64,000 bases of DNA, taken from the NCBI GenBank assembly GCA_965116925.1, contig OZ220744.1, forward strand, positions 3,360,001 to 3,424,000, in the 5' to 3' direction. Source of the DNA: Candidatus Poribacteria bacterium (GTDB taxonomy: Bacteria > Poribacteria > WGA-4E > PCPOR2b). Under the pieces are notes generated by a model. That model did not search any database and had not been told where the DNA came from. It worked only from the letters and a program-made list of their open reading frames with translations. Of the stretch, positions 20,229 to 29,587 are shown in pieces (position 1 is the stretch's first letter; each line of letters begins with the position of its first letter). Position numbers and translations under genes: made by a program.

Positions 20229-21803
20229 TTGATGGGAAAAATAGAGCCGATTGAGGACGTTGGCCGCAGACAAGAAATACGGCAAATTTATAAACGCCTT
20301 ATTAAGTCAATCAATCCTCTGGAGGTCTTGTTTCAGCCAGAAATTGAAGGGTGTATTATGTTTTATCCTTTTGTCGATGGTGCTAGGCTGGAAAAAGGTC
20401 AATATGAGGCTGTCACCGCGGCTGCAAAACTTTTAGGCGATGAAGGTTTTGTCCTGTCACAACTCTATGGTGATTCCGGGCATCGTAAGATCTCTCCTGA
20501 TTTTGAATACAAAGGATTTCCTCCGACAGATGACGATTGGGTTGAGATAGATGGAGAAACGGTTTCCGAGCCGCATTGGTGTGAATTTCCAACGTATAAA
20601 GATTACGGTGCCGTGGGATATGTTCCCCTACTCGACCATGTGCTTTACTCTATTAATGGTTCTTGGGCGGTCGTCTGTGCGTATGAAGAACATGCCCTTG
20701 TCGGTGGTTCCATTGACTTTATCAGAGCTGTTGACCAAATATATCCACAATGGCGAATTAGCATACTAAAAATGATTGATAATTTAAGCAGAATAGCGAC
20801 AAGAGAATGGCCGCAGGTTAAACTGCTGTTTGAACTGATTCAATACTGGAAAACGTATCCCGCAGATGCGTGGGTCGAGACGGTCACGGACAAGTTGAAT
20901 CGCAAATTGGACGGACGGAGTGAAATTCGTTACGCTAATGGCGCCCGCCCTCAGCAAGTGCCGATGGGAAAAATAGAGTCGATTGAGGACGTTGACCGCA
21001 GACAAGAAATAGCGAAAATTGGGCAAAGCCTTTTTCAGTCGCAAAATCCTCATAAGATGACTTTTAAGCCAGAGGTTGAGGCGTGTCTTATGTTTCATAC
21101 CCTTGATGCTGACGATCCTTATTATCCCAATTCTCCGCTTGACTATCTGACAAGGGATCAATACCAAGCAATCATCGCGGCTGCAAAACGGGCGCGTGAT
21201 ACCGGGTTTGTCCTGTCCGATCCCCACGGTAGCTTGATGAATGACACCGATTATTGGCGGCGTACAATCGCTCCTGGGGCTGCCGCAGACACAAATTGGG
21301 CGGATCTGGAGCATCACTGGTGGTGTGAATTCCCGACCTATGAAGATTACCTTACAATCGGACCGGTCGGCATACTGGACGTTGCCCTGTTTTCTATTCA
21401 CGGACACTGGGGCGTTTTCACTTCAACTGGAGGGTATACCGTTGTAGGTGGGAATATAGATTTTATTCGTCATGTAGACAAAATGTATCCCGCATGGCGA
21501 AACGAAGTGATGGAACGGATTGATAATTGGGAAGGACAGATCAAAAGAGATGATCCGAGGGTTAATCTGTTGATTGAACTACTCGAATACTGGAAACGGT
21601 ATCCCGCAGATGAGTGGGTCGAGACAGTCGCTGACAAGTTGAGTCGCAAATTGGAATATAGGGTCGCCCCTTTTTTCCGTGCATTTTATTTAACTGTGTC
21701 GCACGGTCTCTTAATCTTGACCGAGCAGAACTTTGTAGAATCTTTTCGTGGCTTGATGTGGTCCAAATCTATTGTCTCCTTTTTTCCCCGGTGCGACAAA
21801 TAG
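20229..21803 (+). CDS. Hypothetical protein made of two tandem paralogous domains of about 245 aa
   Basis: MGKIEPIEDVGRRQEI at start, repeated as MGKIESIEDVDRRQEI at 20964; shared WCEFPTY and YWKxYPADxWVETV. Confidence 0.7.
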   Translation: MMGKIEPIEDVGRRQEIRQIYKRLIKSINPLEVLFQPEIEGCIMFYPFVDGARLEKGQYEAVTAAAKLLGDEGFVLSQLYGDSGHRKISPDFEYKGFPPTDDDWVEIDGETVSEPHWCEFPTYKDYGAVGYVPLLDHVLYSINGSWAVVCAYEEHALVGGSIDFIRAVDQIYPQWRISILKMIDNLSRIATREWPQVKLLFELIQYWKTYPADAWVETVTDKLNRKLDGRSEIRYANGARPQQVPMGKIESIEDVDRRQEIAKIGQSLFQSQNPHKMTFKPEVEACLMFHTLDADDPYYPNSPLDYLTRDQYQAIIAAAKRARDTGFVLSDPHGSLMNDTDYWRRTIAPGAAADTNWADLEHHWWCEFPTYEDYLTIGPVGILDVALFSIHGHWGVFTSTGGYTVVGGNIDFIRHVDKMYPAWRNEVMERIDNWEGQIKRDDPRVNLLIELLEYWKRYPADEWVETVADKLSRKLEYRVAPFFRAFYLTVSHGLLILTEQNFVESFRGLMWSKSIVSFFPRCDK

Positions 21804-21893
21804 AAAGATCACCCCCACGATAAACAGCCCCAGAAACAGCCAATAGAAAGAACCGATACGAGTGGGTATAAAAGCGTTAAAATCAGAACTCAA
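21711..21893 (-). pseudogene. 3' remnant of a DUF805-like membrane protein
   Basis: Hydrophobic helix then PGKKGDNRFGP; 5' end lost at element D (21895). Confidence 0.55.
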
Positions 21894-21894
21894 T

Positions 21895-22071
21895 CTAGTA
21901 CATTGTCAGATAAATGTAGAGCAAACTGTTAGTTTGCGGACTCGGATCACAATCTAACAGATTGTGGTACAAAAGCCTCTGTTAGATACTTCCCCCCACA
22001 AAGCGGCTTGGCTATGGCTATCCAAGCCGAGCGGTGAGTGCCTTATCATGATTTATTTGACGGAGCACTAG
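21895..22071. mobile_element. Miniature element D (CTAG-bounded imperfect TIRs) with REP A and a second hairpin as cargo
   Basis: CTAGTACATTGTCAGATAAAT...ATTTATTTGACGGAGCACTAG; near-identical inverted copy at 28127-28302. Confidence 0.8.
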
Positions 22072-22187
22072 TGTTTTTATGTAATGATGCGTTTAAAAAT
22101 AAAAACAACACTAAAGGTAGGAGCGGAGGATTTGATTCAGATCAGGAAATTAGAGACACATCAACCGACAACGTAATGTCGAGATAA

Positions 22188-24569
22188 ATGGAGGTCAAAA
22201 TGCAAAACCGTAGACGGTCGTTCTTTTTGATGGGTATTATTATCTTTTTGGTGGTGGGTGCGCTTGAAGCGTATGTAGTGCGTCACTTTGAAGGGACAGA
22301 CGACACTCTGGATATCTTTATCCTCCGACTTGGTGATGAGCATGATCGTCAAGAAGCGATTGCGGCGATCAAAAGGTTGGATGTGCCTGATGACAAGATA
22401 GTGTTAGCGTGGGCGAATCTTGCGAGGTTATTAATTAAGAGTCGAATAATGGAGGAAGGGTCTGATCAACTCAGCCATTGGGAGCAAACGACAGATGCAG
22501 TTTTTGGGTTAATAGACGTTGATAAGGCATTGGCGGGATTGCTACATTTGTCGGAAAGTGGCAACAGAGATGAATCAATCCTTGCGCGGTATGCTATCAA
22601 GGTGATTACCGATAGACTGAGGAACGCTGCTGTGGAACCGGTTCCCGGCACGGTTTCACACTTTGAAGGCACCGGCGAAACTCTGGATAGCTTTATTCTC
22701 CGACTTGGTAGTGACCATGAGCATGTTCGTCAAGAAGCGATTGCGGCGATCGAAAGACTAGATGTGCCTGATGACAAGATAGTGTTGGCGTGGGCGAATC
22801 TTACGAGGTTATTAGGTAGAGGCGGGCTGCTCCCTTATCTCCGTTGGGAGCAGATAGATGGAGTTTTAGGTTTAATAGACCTTAATAAGGCATTGGCGGG
22901 ATTGCTAGATTCGTTGAAAGGTGACAACAGAGATGAATCAATCCTTGCGCGGTTTGCTATCAAGGAGATCGCCTTTGGACTGAGGAACGCTACTCTGGAA
23001 CCGCCCCCCGGCACGGTTCCGTTGCTCGTCGAGGCACTCCAAGATGAAGACGTGCATATCCGTGAAATTGTGTCTCACCTCTTAGCGGATATACCGAGCC
23101 ACGCTTTAGCGAACATACCGAGCGAGGCTAAAGCCGCTGTGCCGAAATTAATCCATGTACTGACCGATGAAAGTGAAGATGTCCGATCCGCTATTGTTTA
23201 CGCATTAGGAAATATTGCTGTCGCGACGCCGGGGGTTCAGCTTAAAATTACCGAGAAATTGATCGAAGTGCTGAACGCTCCCAACTTTGTTATCTACGGG
23301 CATCGCCAGGACAGCAACTTTCATGTCCGAGTGGCGGAGCACCTTGCATCTATTGGTCCTGCGGCGGTGCCATCGTTACTCAAGGCTCTGAACGCGACAG
23401 ACGCTGGCGTACGGCATCATGCGGCAATTGCTTTGGCAAAAATGGATTCCCAAACCGCTGAAGTGACCATGCCGATCCTCATTCAAGCATTGGCATCTCC
23501 CCATCCTTATACACGGTGGACAGCTGTCTACGCGCTGGTGAAGATGGCAAGGCAGCCGACGCGCGTTAATCAGATTGTACAAGCCCTCGGGCAGGTGTTA
23601 GCCGGACCTGAAGATACGGTTGAAAATCGGGTTGCCCGACCCGAGGCAGCTTACACATTAAGAGGGATTGCAGTTGAGATTCCAGCGGTTCAGCTTGAAA
23701 TTACTGAGAAACTGATTGCAGCACTCCACACGCCCAACTTTGTGTCGGGGCATTTCGGTGACGACCGTAGCGATCTGAGCAATTTTCACGTTGACGTGGC
23801 GAACAGACTTGCGTCTATACGGTCTACTGCGGTGCCATCATTACTCAAGGCTTTGAACGCAGCAGATGCTGGCGTGCGGCATCATGCGGCAATTGCATTG
23901 GCACACATCCATTCCCAAACCGATGAAAAGATCATTCCGATCATTCCGATACTGACCGAAGCATTAGCGTCGCCATATCTTCATACGCGGGCAGCTGCTG
24001 TCGCCGCATTAACAAGATTGGGAGAGCGACCAACGCTTGTTGGTCAGATTGCGCCAATTTTTGTGAAGGTGTTGGAAACTACGATAGATACGGAACCGAT
24101 ATATTACGATTTGACGTTTCATGACATCGTTGCAGATGCCTTGGTTTCCATAGATCTATCAGAAACAATCAAGGTGCTTCGGTCTGAAAACCCTTATGTG
24201 CAGGGACCCGTCGTTGCTGCTATCGCGCCGAAGAACGGTCCGGCGGTGGACGAGGCGGTGCCGATAGTCATCGAACTGTTATGTAGTGATAATAGATATG
24301 TCCGTCAAGCAGCAGCTGAAACCCTAATTCAGTTGCGCCAATTTTCGACCGATGATTTGATTGCCGCCCTCACCGACGAAAACGGATGTATTCGCACACG
24401 GGCAGCGATAGTTCTCGTTGAAATGGGACCGCAGGCGATGGCTGTGCTAGCAGCGACACTGCCAAATCAATCACCAGAGACCAATCGGCAAATCATAGAA
24501 ATCCTTGAAACAGTTGCGACGCCAGCAGTTCGGAAGGCGATTTCTGCCCTCCAACGCTCTGGGCAGTAA
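22188..24569 (+). CDS. HEAT/PBS-lyase repeat protein with signal peptide and internal duplications
   Basis: Repeated AVPxLxxAL...VRxxAAxAL; duplicated blocks HFEGTxxTLDxFILRLG and AVPSLLKALNAxDAGVRHHAAIALA. Confidence 0.85.
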   Translation: MEVKMQNRRRSFFLMGIIIFLVVGALEAYVVRHFEGTDDTLDIFILRLGDEHDRQEAIAAIKRLDVPDDKIVLAWANLARLLIKSRIMEEGSDQLSHWEQTTDAVFGLIDVDKALAGLLHLSESGNRDESILARYAIKVITDRLRNAAVEPVPGTVSHFEGTGETLDSFILRLGSDHEHVRQEAIAAIERLDVPDDKIVLAWANLTRLLGRGGLLPYLRWEQIDGVLGLIDLNKALAGLLDSLKGDNRDESILARFAIKEIAFGLRNATLEPPPGTVPLLVEALQDEDVHIREIVSHLLADIPSHALANIPSEAKAAVPKLIHVLTDESEDVRSAIVYALGNIAVATPGVQLKITEKLIEVLNAPNFVIYGHRQDSNFHVRVAEHLASIGPAAVPSLLKALNATDAGVRHHAAIALAKMDSQTAEVTMPILIQALASPHPYTRWTAVYALVKMARQPTRVNQIVQALGQVLAGPEDTVENRVARPEAAYTLRGIAVEIPAVQLEITEKLIAALHTPNFVSGHFGDDRSDLSNFHVDVANRLASIRSTAVPSLLKALNAADAGVRHHAAIALAHIHSQTDEKIIPIIPILTEALASPYLHTRAAAVAALTRLGERPTLVGQIAPIFVKVLETTIDTEPIYYDLTFHDIVADALVSIDLSETIKVLRSENPYVQGPVVAAIAPKNGPAVDEAVPIVIELLCSDNRYVRQAAAETLIQLRQFSTDDLIAALTDENGCIRTRAAIVLVEMGPQAMAVLAATLPNQSPETNRQIIEILETVATPAVRKAISALQRSGQ

Positions 24570-24745
24570 CATCGTCTTAACCGATGATAACCAGAACGTC
24601 CTGGTCCGCTATGAATATGAAGTTTTTGGCGCAATACGCAACCAAACAGGCACAAGCGATAACACCCGCAAGTTCACCGGCAAGGAATGGGACGCCGGTA
24701 GCAACCTATACATACTACGCCGCTCGACAGTACGACCCATACATC
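24553..24745 (+). pseudogene. RHS repeat-associated core fragment 1
   Basis: NALGSNIVLTDDNQNVLVRYEYEVFGAIR...RKFTGKEWDAGSNLY (+1 frameshift) YYAARQYDPYI. Confidence 0.88.
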
Positions 24746-24758
24746 AAGGAGAAATACA

Positions 24759-25430
24759 ATGAAAAATTGTCAAATAACCTGCACCCTCGTGTTGTTGATG
24801 TTGATAGTGTTGATAACAGCCTGTGGTGACGAGCAGGTTGACGACGATGATGTTGTCTATGACTTTTGCCCAGAGGGCGATTCGGAGGGCGAATTAAGTT
24901 CCATTGAAATAGGATTACTGAAAGCACTAGAAGCAGATAGGTGTGCCAAGATCACAAGAACCGACTTGGCGAATATAACTCATCTTGATGCATCTGTGGA
25001 AGGTTTTGTTGGTGCTTGGGGCGGCGTGGACATAGAGTTGTTGCAGTATTGTATCAACCTCCAAGTGTTGGATCTGAGTGGTATCCAGCTTAGTCGCTTC
25101 TGGGTACTAGATAAACTAAAGTCTCTACAGGAATTATACCTGCAAGACAACTTCATCTCTGACATCGACTCCCTCGGTGTTGTGCCCCAGCTCCGAAGAC
25201 TAAATCTTGCATCTAACCGCATCTGCGACATCTTTCCGCTTCAACAGTTGGTTCAGCTAGAGTACCTTAATCTCGTCGAAAACAAGGTTACGGATATAGA
25301 GCCGTTAGTAAATAATGTTGGGTTGTCTCAGGGGGACATTGTAATACTGGAAGATAATCCGTTGAGTGAGGTTTCGGTTGAACAACACATTCCCGCCCTA
25401 GAGGCACGAGGGGTCATTGTGAAGTGGTGA
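24759..25430 (+). CDS. Leucine-rich repeat (internalin-like) lipoprotein
   Basis: Lipobox ITAC; LxxLxLxxNxIxDI repeats; AAGGAG RBS. Confidence 0.9.
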   Translation: MKNCQITCTLVLLMLIVLITACGDEQVDDDDVVYDFCPEGDSEGELSSIEIGLLKALEADRCAKITRTDLANITHLDASVEGFVGAWGGVDIELLQYCINLQVLDLSGIQLSRFWVLDKLKSLQELYLQDNFISDIDSLGVVPQLRRLNLASNRICDIFPLQQLVQLEYLNLVENKVTDIEPLVNNVGLSQGDIVILEDNPLSEVSVEQHIPALEARGVIVKW

Positions 25431-25631
25431 GCCTCCTCTTCTTATCTGACACACAATTATGGTAGATTCTAAGATCCACTATAGATATGATGACCTTCCA
25501 CGACAAATGCCCTGGGATGAAGCACCAACAATGTTACAGCATTTCGGTCCTTTGCTCAATAATTTACACGATCCAATCAAAGAACTTCCGTTGGGAGCTA
25601 TTAAAGCGGGAATCGAATAATCGAAAGGTAA

Positions 25632-26399
25632 TTGACAATGAACTTAGTTAGGAACTGGAGGCAGATGAGTCTATATCCGTTACATATTTCTTCAATTGCA
25701 CTCCTCCTGCTCATAATCGCAAGCTGTGCAGAAACAGATGATAAAACAGTAAAGATTCAAGAGACAACAGATAACGACATGCTGCAGGTGACGGAAATCC
25801 ATATGCTGCAGGTGACGGAAATCCAGCCAGAACCTGGCACCTGGATTGGACCAGAAGAACAATTCACGGTTCGGTTTAGTACGCCAATTGTGCCTAATTC
25901 AGGCAATATCACATTCGGCGATTGGTCATTCAAACTCCCATATACCGAACCATCTGCCACAATTACGTGGAATAGATGTTTTACCCGATCTATACCATTT
26001 GACGAGCAGGTCACTTTAACGGTAAGTGGTTTTGAAGATGTTGACGGCAGCATACAAGCTGAACCATTTCAAGCATCTTTCCACCAAGCTGGTGTAGACA
26101 TTGCTCCCCCCGAAATTGTAACGTATCAGCCAATGGGTGACAAAGTAGATCCTGCGATCACAAGGGCAATTCGTGTGACGCTTAACCGTCCAGTGGCGCC
26201 AATCAATTTTGAGATTTCCCCGCATATAAATGGCACAATTCAAATCGCTAACGATGAGATTCAGTGCACAAGTATAGTCATTTACCATTTCATGGCTGAC
26301 GAGCAATTACAGGCTGATACGGAGTATCATATTGTATTACCTCTTGTCGATATAGTCGGCAATCAAATCACACACGATTTTCGCTTTGCGACACAATAA
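25632..26399 (+). CDS. Lipoprotein with Ig-like (Big_5-type) domains
   Basis: IASC lipobox; FTVRFSTP, IRVTLNRPV, DIVGN...FRFAT; short tandem duplication MLQVTEI x2. Confidence 0.7.
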   Translation: MTMNLVRNWRQMSLYPLHISSIALLLLIIASCAETDDKTVKIQETTDNDMLQVTEIHMLQVTEIQPEPGTWIGPEEQFTVRFSTPIVPNSGNITFGDWSFKLPYTEPSATITWNRCFTRSIPFDEQVTLTVSGFEDVDGSIQAEPFQASFHQAGVDIAPPEIVTYQPMGDKVDPAITRAIRVTLNRPVAPINFEISPHINGTIQIANDEIQCTSIVIYHFMADEQLQADTEYHIVLPLVDIVGNQITHDFRFATQ

Positions 26400-26570
26400 T
26401 AATCCGGGGGTTATTGCCGTGAATAACCAATGGTGCTAGTTTGCAGCTGTTGATAACGTAAAACGTGATGCGTGCAACGTAAAAATCATTGGTCCAGCGA
26501 TTCATTTAGCCCCAGTTGCTCTGAATCCCGATATTTCTTAACATGAGCCAGAACAGTAAGGAGGCATTCG

Positions 26571-27344
26571 ATGCGTTATAGGAGATTGAAATTGAGATTC
26601 GTGATTCTCTGTTGGTGTCTATTTCTGCTGATTGGCTGTCAGGGGGATTCGGGTGTCGAGATGCCTGTCGTTGACGAGATGCCTGTCAACGAAATCGAAC
26701 CGAAACCGACACAGCTTCTCGGATTCTCCCGATTTAGCCTGCTTCAACATCTGGCATTGGGGTTTAAGGACCCTGTGCTGAAGGTCAGTGTAGCTCTTGA
26801 GACAGAACGCCGGGGGGTGAGCCCCACCATTGATGCCATCCCCGCGTCCGTGCCCCCTGTCAAGCAGTGGAAAGTCCTGCGTAAGGATTTGCAGGTGGCT
26901 GCGAGCTATCTGGGACTATACCCCTACTACCGCAAACTCACCCCCCAACCCCTTAATTTAATCGTTTTTTATGAGGACGCCGTTGGCGTCCATCAACGAG
27001 TCATTCGCACGCAGACAGACCACATAAACGTAGATAGATTCCAGTTACACATCATCGCATCCTCCGTCGGTGATGGCAAAAACGTGTCCGTTGAACCGCT
27101 GAATCGGGACGGCATCCGTATCGACTTCACCGATCCGGTGATTGGTCAGGTTAGCATCAGACCCCTTGGTGGCGAGCCTCTCAATTGGATTTCCAAAGTG
27201 GAGGGGCAGACTGCGCTTTTGATTCCCCAAGCAGGCGAGGAGCTTGTTGGTGGAACCGTCTACATCATTACGATTAATGTTGAGACAAGTGGCGGAGTCA
27301 CTTTGGAACCAAATTGTAATCAAATCATATTTATTACAGCGTAG
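26571..27344 (+). CDS. Hypothetical lipoprotein
   Basis: LIGC lipobox; GGAGG RBS. Confidence 0.65.
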   Translation: MRYRRLKLRFVILCWCLFLLIGCQGDSGVEMPVVDEMPVNEIEPKPTQLLGFSRFSLLQHLALGFKDPVLKVSVALETERRGVSPTIDAIPASVPPVKQWKVLRKDLQVAASYLGLYPYYRKLTPQPLNLIVFYEDAVGVHQRVIRTQTDHINVDRFQLHIIASSVGDGKNVSVEPLNRDGIRIDFTDPVIGQVSIRPLGGEPLNWISKVEGQTALLIPQAGEELVGGTVYIITINVETSGGVTLEPNCNQIIFITA

Positions 27345-27504
27345 CCCGTATTGAAGGCGGTAAAAGTAATGTCAAAGAAACCTCTCCCATTATCGAGCAA
27401 GGAGTCGCAAGATGCGGGAGTAAATTGTAGGTCGAGATTCACATCTCGACAAAACACCCGGACTCTACGGAGAGTCGCAAGATGCAGGAGTAGGAGGAAG
27501 ACTG

Positions 27505-28035
27505 ATGGTTCGTCAAAAAATTGGAATTTTGCTGTTAATCTGTCTCTTTTTGCTTTTTATCAAACAAGAGATAGCTGCTGAGACAGATTCAAGCCAAAAG
27601 GATGGAGCATTCGTCATCGCAGGTCAAATAGGCGGTGGGTTTCTCGCACAAGGTACTGGCAGCTTGATTGGTGTAACCCTCGTCTTTCCTTTTCTTATGA
27701 TGCTAGACGAACCAGAAGGCGCGGTATTGCCCTTCTTCTGGTTCGGCATAGGAACAGGCGGCATATTTGGATGCGCTGGTGGTGTTTATGCAGTTGGGGA
27801 GATATTTGGTAGCGGAGGTGGCTCTTTTAAGGAAACCTTAAAATGGTCATTATTGACGCCTATCGGTGCCACAATCGGCTATCAACGGTCAAAGCGGAAG
27901 CAGCCGCCCAGCGTTTCATTGGCTAACGGTAAATTCACACTCCACTTGCCAGCGGTGAGTATACAAAGTTCACGGCTCCCCTATCATCAGCCCCAAACGG
28001 ATTACATGGTACGGTTGGTCAATGTTAGATTTTAG
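27505..28035 (+). CDS. Glycine-rich membrane protein
   Basis: Signal peptide and Gly-rich hydrophobic helices; AGGAGG RBS. Confidence 0.65.
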   Translation: MVRQKIGILLLICLFLLFIKQEIAAETDSSQKDGAFVIAGQIGGGFLAQGTGSLIGVTLVFPFLMMLDEPEGAVLPFFWFGIGTGGIFGCAGGVYAVGEIFGSGGGSFKETLKWSLLTPIGATIGYQRSKRKQPPSVSLANGKFTLHLPAVSIQSSRLPYHQPQTDYMVRLVNVRF

Positions 28036-28126
28036 AATGTGCGATGTATGCTGTTGAGGTATAGAGAGGTTCCAAATGAAATGGATGAATGACTTTAACA
28101 TTTCGGCAGCGATTTTCAAAGCGATT

Positions 28127-28302
28127 GTAGTGCTCTATCAAATAAATCATGATAAGGCACTCACCGCTCGGCTTGGATAGCCATAGCCAAGCCGCTTTGT
28201 GGGGGAAGTGTCTAAAGGAGCCTTTTGTACCACAATCTGTTAGATTGTGATCCGAGCTCGCAAACTAACAGTTTGCGCTACATTTATCTGACAATGTAAT
28301 AG
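28127..28302. mobile_element. Miniature element D, inverted copy
   Basis: Reverse complement of 21895-22071 with few mismatches. Confidence 0.8.
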
Positions 28303-28354
28303 TCAAGTCGGTGACTTTGGAATTGGAGGTAACTCGGAAAAGGGAAGTGATTCT

Positions 28355-28786
28355 ATGGTATTGATAAAGAGACTGTTTGTTATTTTGGTCTTGATAGCAG
28401 GGCAAGGGTGTTATATCGAAGAAGAAATTTATCTTCAGACTGAGCTTCCGCCTAAGTATCTCCCTGTTTTTTTGATAAGCAGGGATGAGAATTTTCAGAG
28501 CCCCGGTGCGATAACCTATCTGCGGGTATATGTTCGCGGGGACGAGCCGTTGGAGGATAGAATATATTGGGATATTTCGGTGCCTTTAACGGGACCGCGT
28601 CACCGTGGATTTGGGAAACGAACACCCATGGAGGTCTCAAGAATCACTTACGGCATTCCACCATACTGGGAATTTGAGGAGGAGACCCCACCTCGAAAGC
28701 TGGAGCGCGGTGTTGAATATTGCGTTACAATATGGGGGCATGGTGCGTCTGAAAATCCAATTGACTGTTTTATCTATCGCCCTTAA
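28355..28786 (+). CDS. Small lipoprotein, paralog 1
   Basis: GQGC lipobox; LRVYVRGD, SRITYG, GVEYCVTI shared with next gene. Confidence 0.75.
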   Translation: MVLIKRLFVILVLIAGQGCYIEEEIYLQTELPPKYLPVFLISRDENFQSPGAITYLRVYVRGDEPLEDRIYWDISVPLTGPRHRGFGKRTPMEVSRITYGIPPYWEFEEETPPRKLERGVEYCVTIWGHGASENPIDCFIYRP

Positions 28787-28810
28787 TCCGTGTAAAAGGG
28801 AACAGCTGAA

Positions 28811-29236
28811 ATGGTATCGATAAAAAGACTGCTCGCTGTTTTGGTCTTGATAGCCGTTCAAGGCTGTAGTGAAGAAAATTATCTTCAGGTCGCGCTTCAC
28901 CCTGACTATCTCCCTATTTTTTGGGTGAGCGAGGATGAGGATTTTCAGTCCTACGGTTTTATAACCTCTCTGCGGGTATACGTTCGCGGTGATGGTTCGA
29001 TAGCTGATAGAACATATTGGTATATTGAGGTGCCATACAGTGGACCGCATGACCCTCCTGGGAGTCGCACACAAACCCCCGTGAAACTCTCAAGAGTTAT
29101 TTACAGCGTTGTACCACAAGGATTTAACCAGAAGATCTCCGCTCGACCGCTGGAGCCTGGGGTTGAATATTGCGTCACAATACGGGGGCACCCAACCACG
29201 GAAGATCTGGTTGAGTGTTTTATCTATGAACCGTAA
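28811..29236 (+). CDS. Small lipoprotein, paralog 2
   Basis: VQGC lipobox; tandem paralog of 28355-28786. Confidence 0.75.
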   Translation: MVSIKRLLAVLVLIAVQGCSEENYLQVALHPDYLPIFWVSEDEDFQSYGFITSLRVYVRGDGSIADRTYWYIEVPYSGPHDPPGSRTQTPVKLSRVIYSVVPQGFNQKISARPLEPGVEYCVTIRGHPTTEDLVECFIYEP

Positions 29237-29257
29237 TCCAAAGTATTTCTAACAATC

Positions 29258-29302
29258 AAAGGCAAGCCGCAGAGACGCTTGGACTTGTGGCTTGCCTTTT
29301 TT
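29258..29302 (+). terminator. Rho-independent terminator
   Basis: AAAGGCAAGCCGCAG...TTGTGGCTTGCCTTTTTT stem with U-tract after lipoprotein pair. Confidence 0.65.
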
Positions 29303-29331
29303 GGTTGTGGTAGGCGTGTCGCCCCTACATC

Positions 29332-29493
29332 AACGCTTTGGGGGGTAACATCGTCTTAACCGATGGCAACCAGAACGTCCTTTAGCGAATTGGAGGATCT
29401 TGCCACCTCGAAAGGCTGGACAAAATCACAATCGTGTGCGGGGCCAAAAATACGCCGTGATAAGAATGGCACCAAGCGACTCAAAACAGGGTA
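29332..29493 (+). pseudogene. RHS core fragment 2 joined to a putative toxin-tip fragment
   Basis: NALGGNIVLTDGNQNV (29332-29381), then FSELEDLATSKGWTKSQSCAGPKIRRDKNGTKRL in another frame. Confidence 0.7.
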
Positions 29494-29587
29494 GCCCGCA
29501 AACTCTTGGCAATCACACGCCTTGCAGTGGGATTTATAGTGAATTCTAAGATCTGCCATAGATTGACTTAAAAAAGACATAAAGAGG

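Noticed and set aside
20784..21407. Long antisense ORFs (also 19101, 50624, 46308, 62822 and others)
   Set aside because: Shadows of well-supported genes on the other strand or frame, with no motifs.
24505..24829. Two small ORFs in the ORF track as real genes
   Set aside because: They are the two frames of a frameshifted Rhs-core relic.
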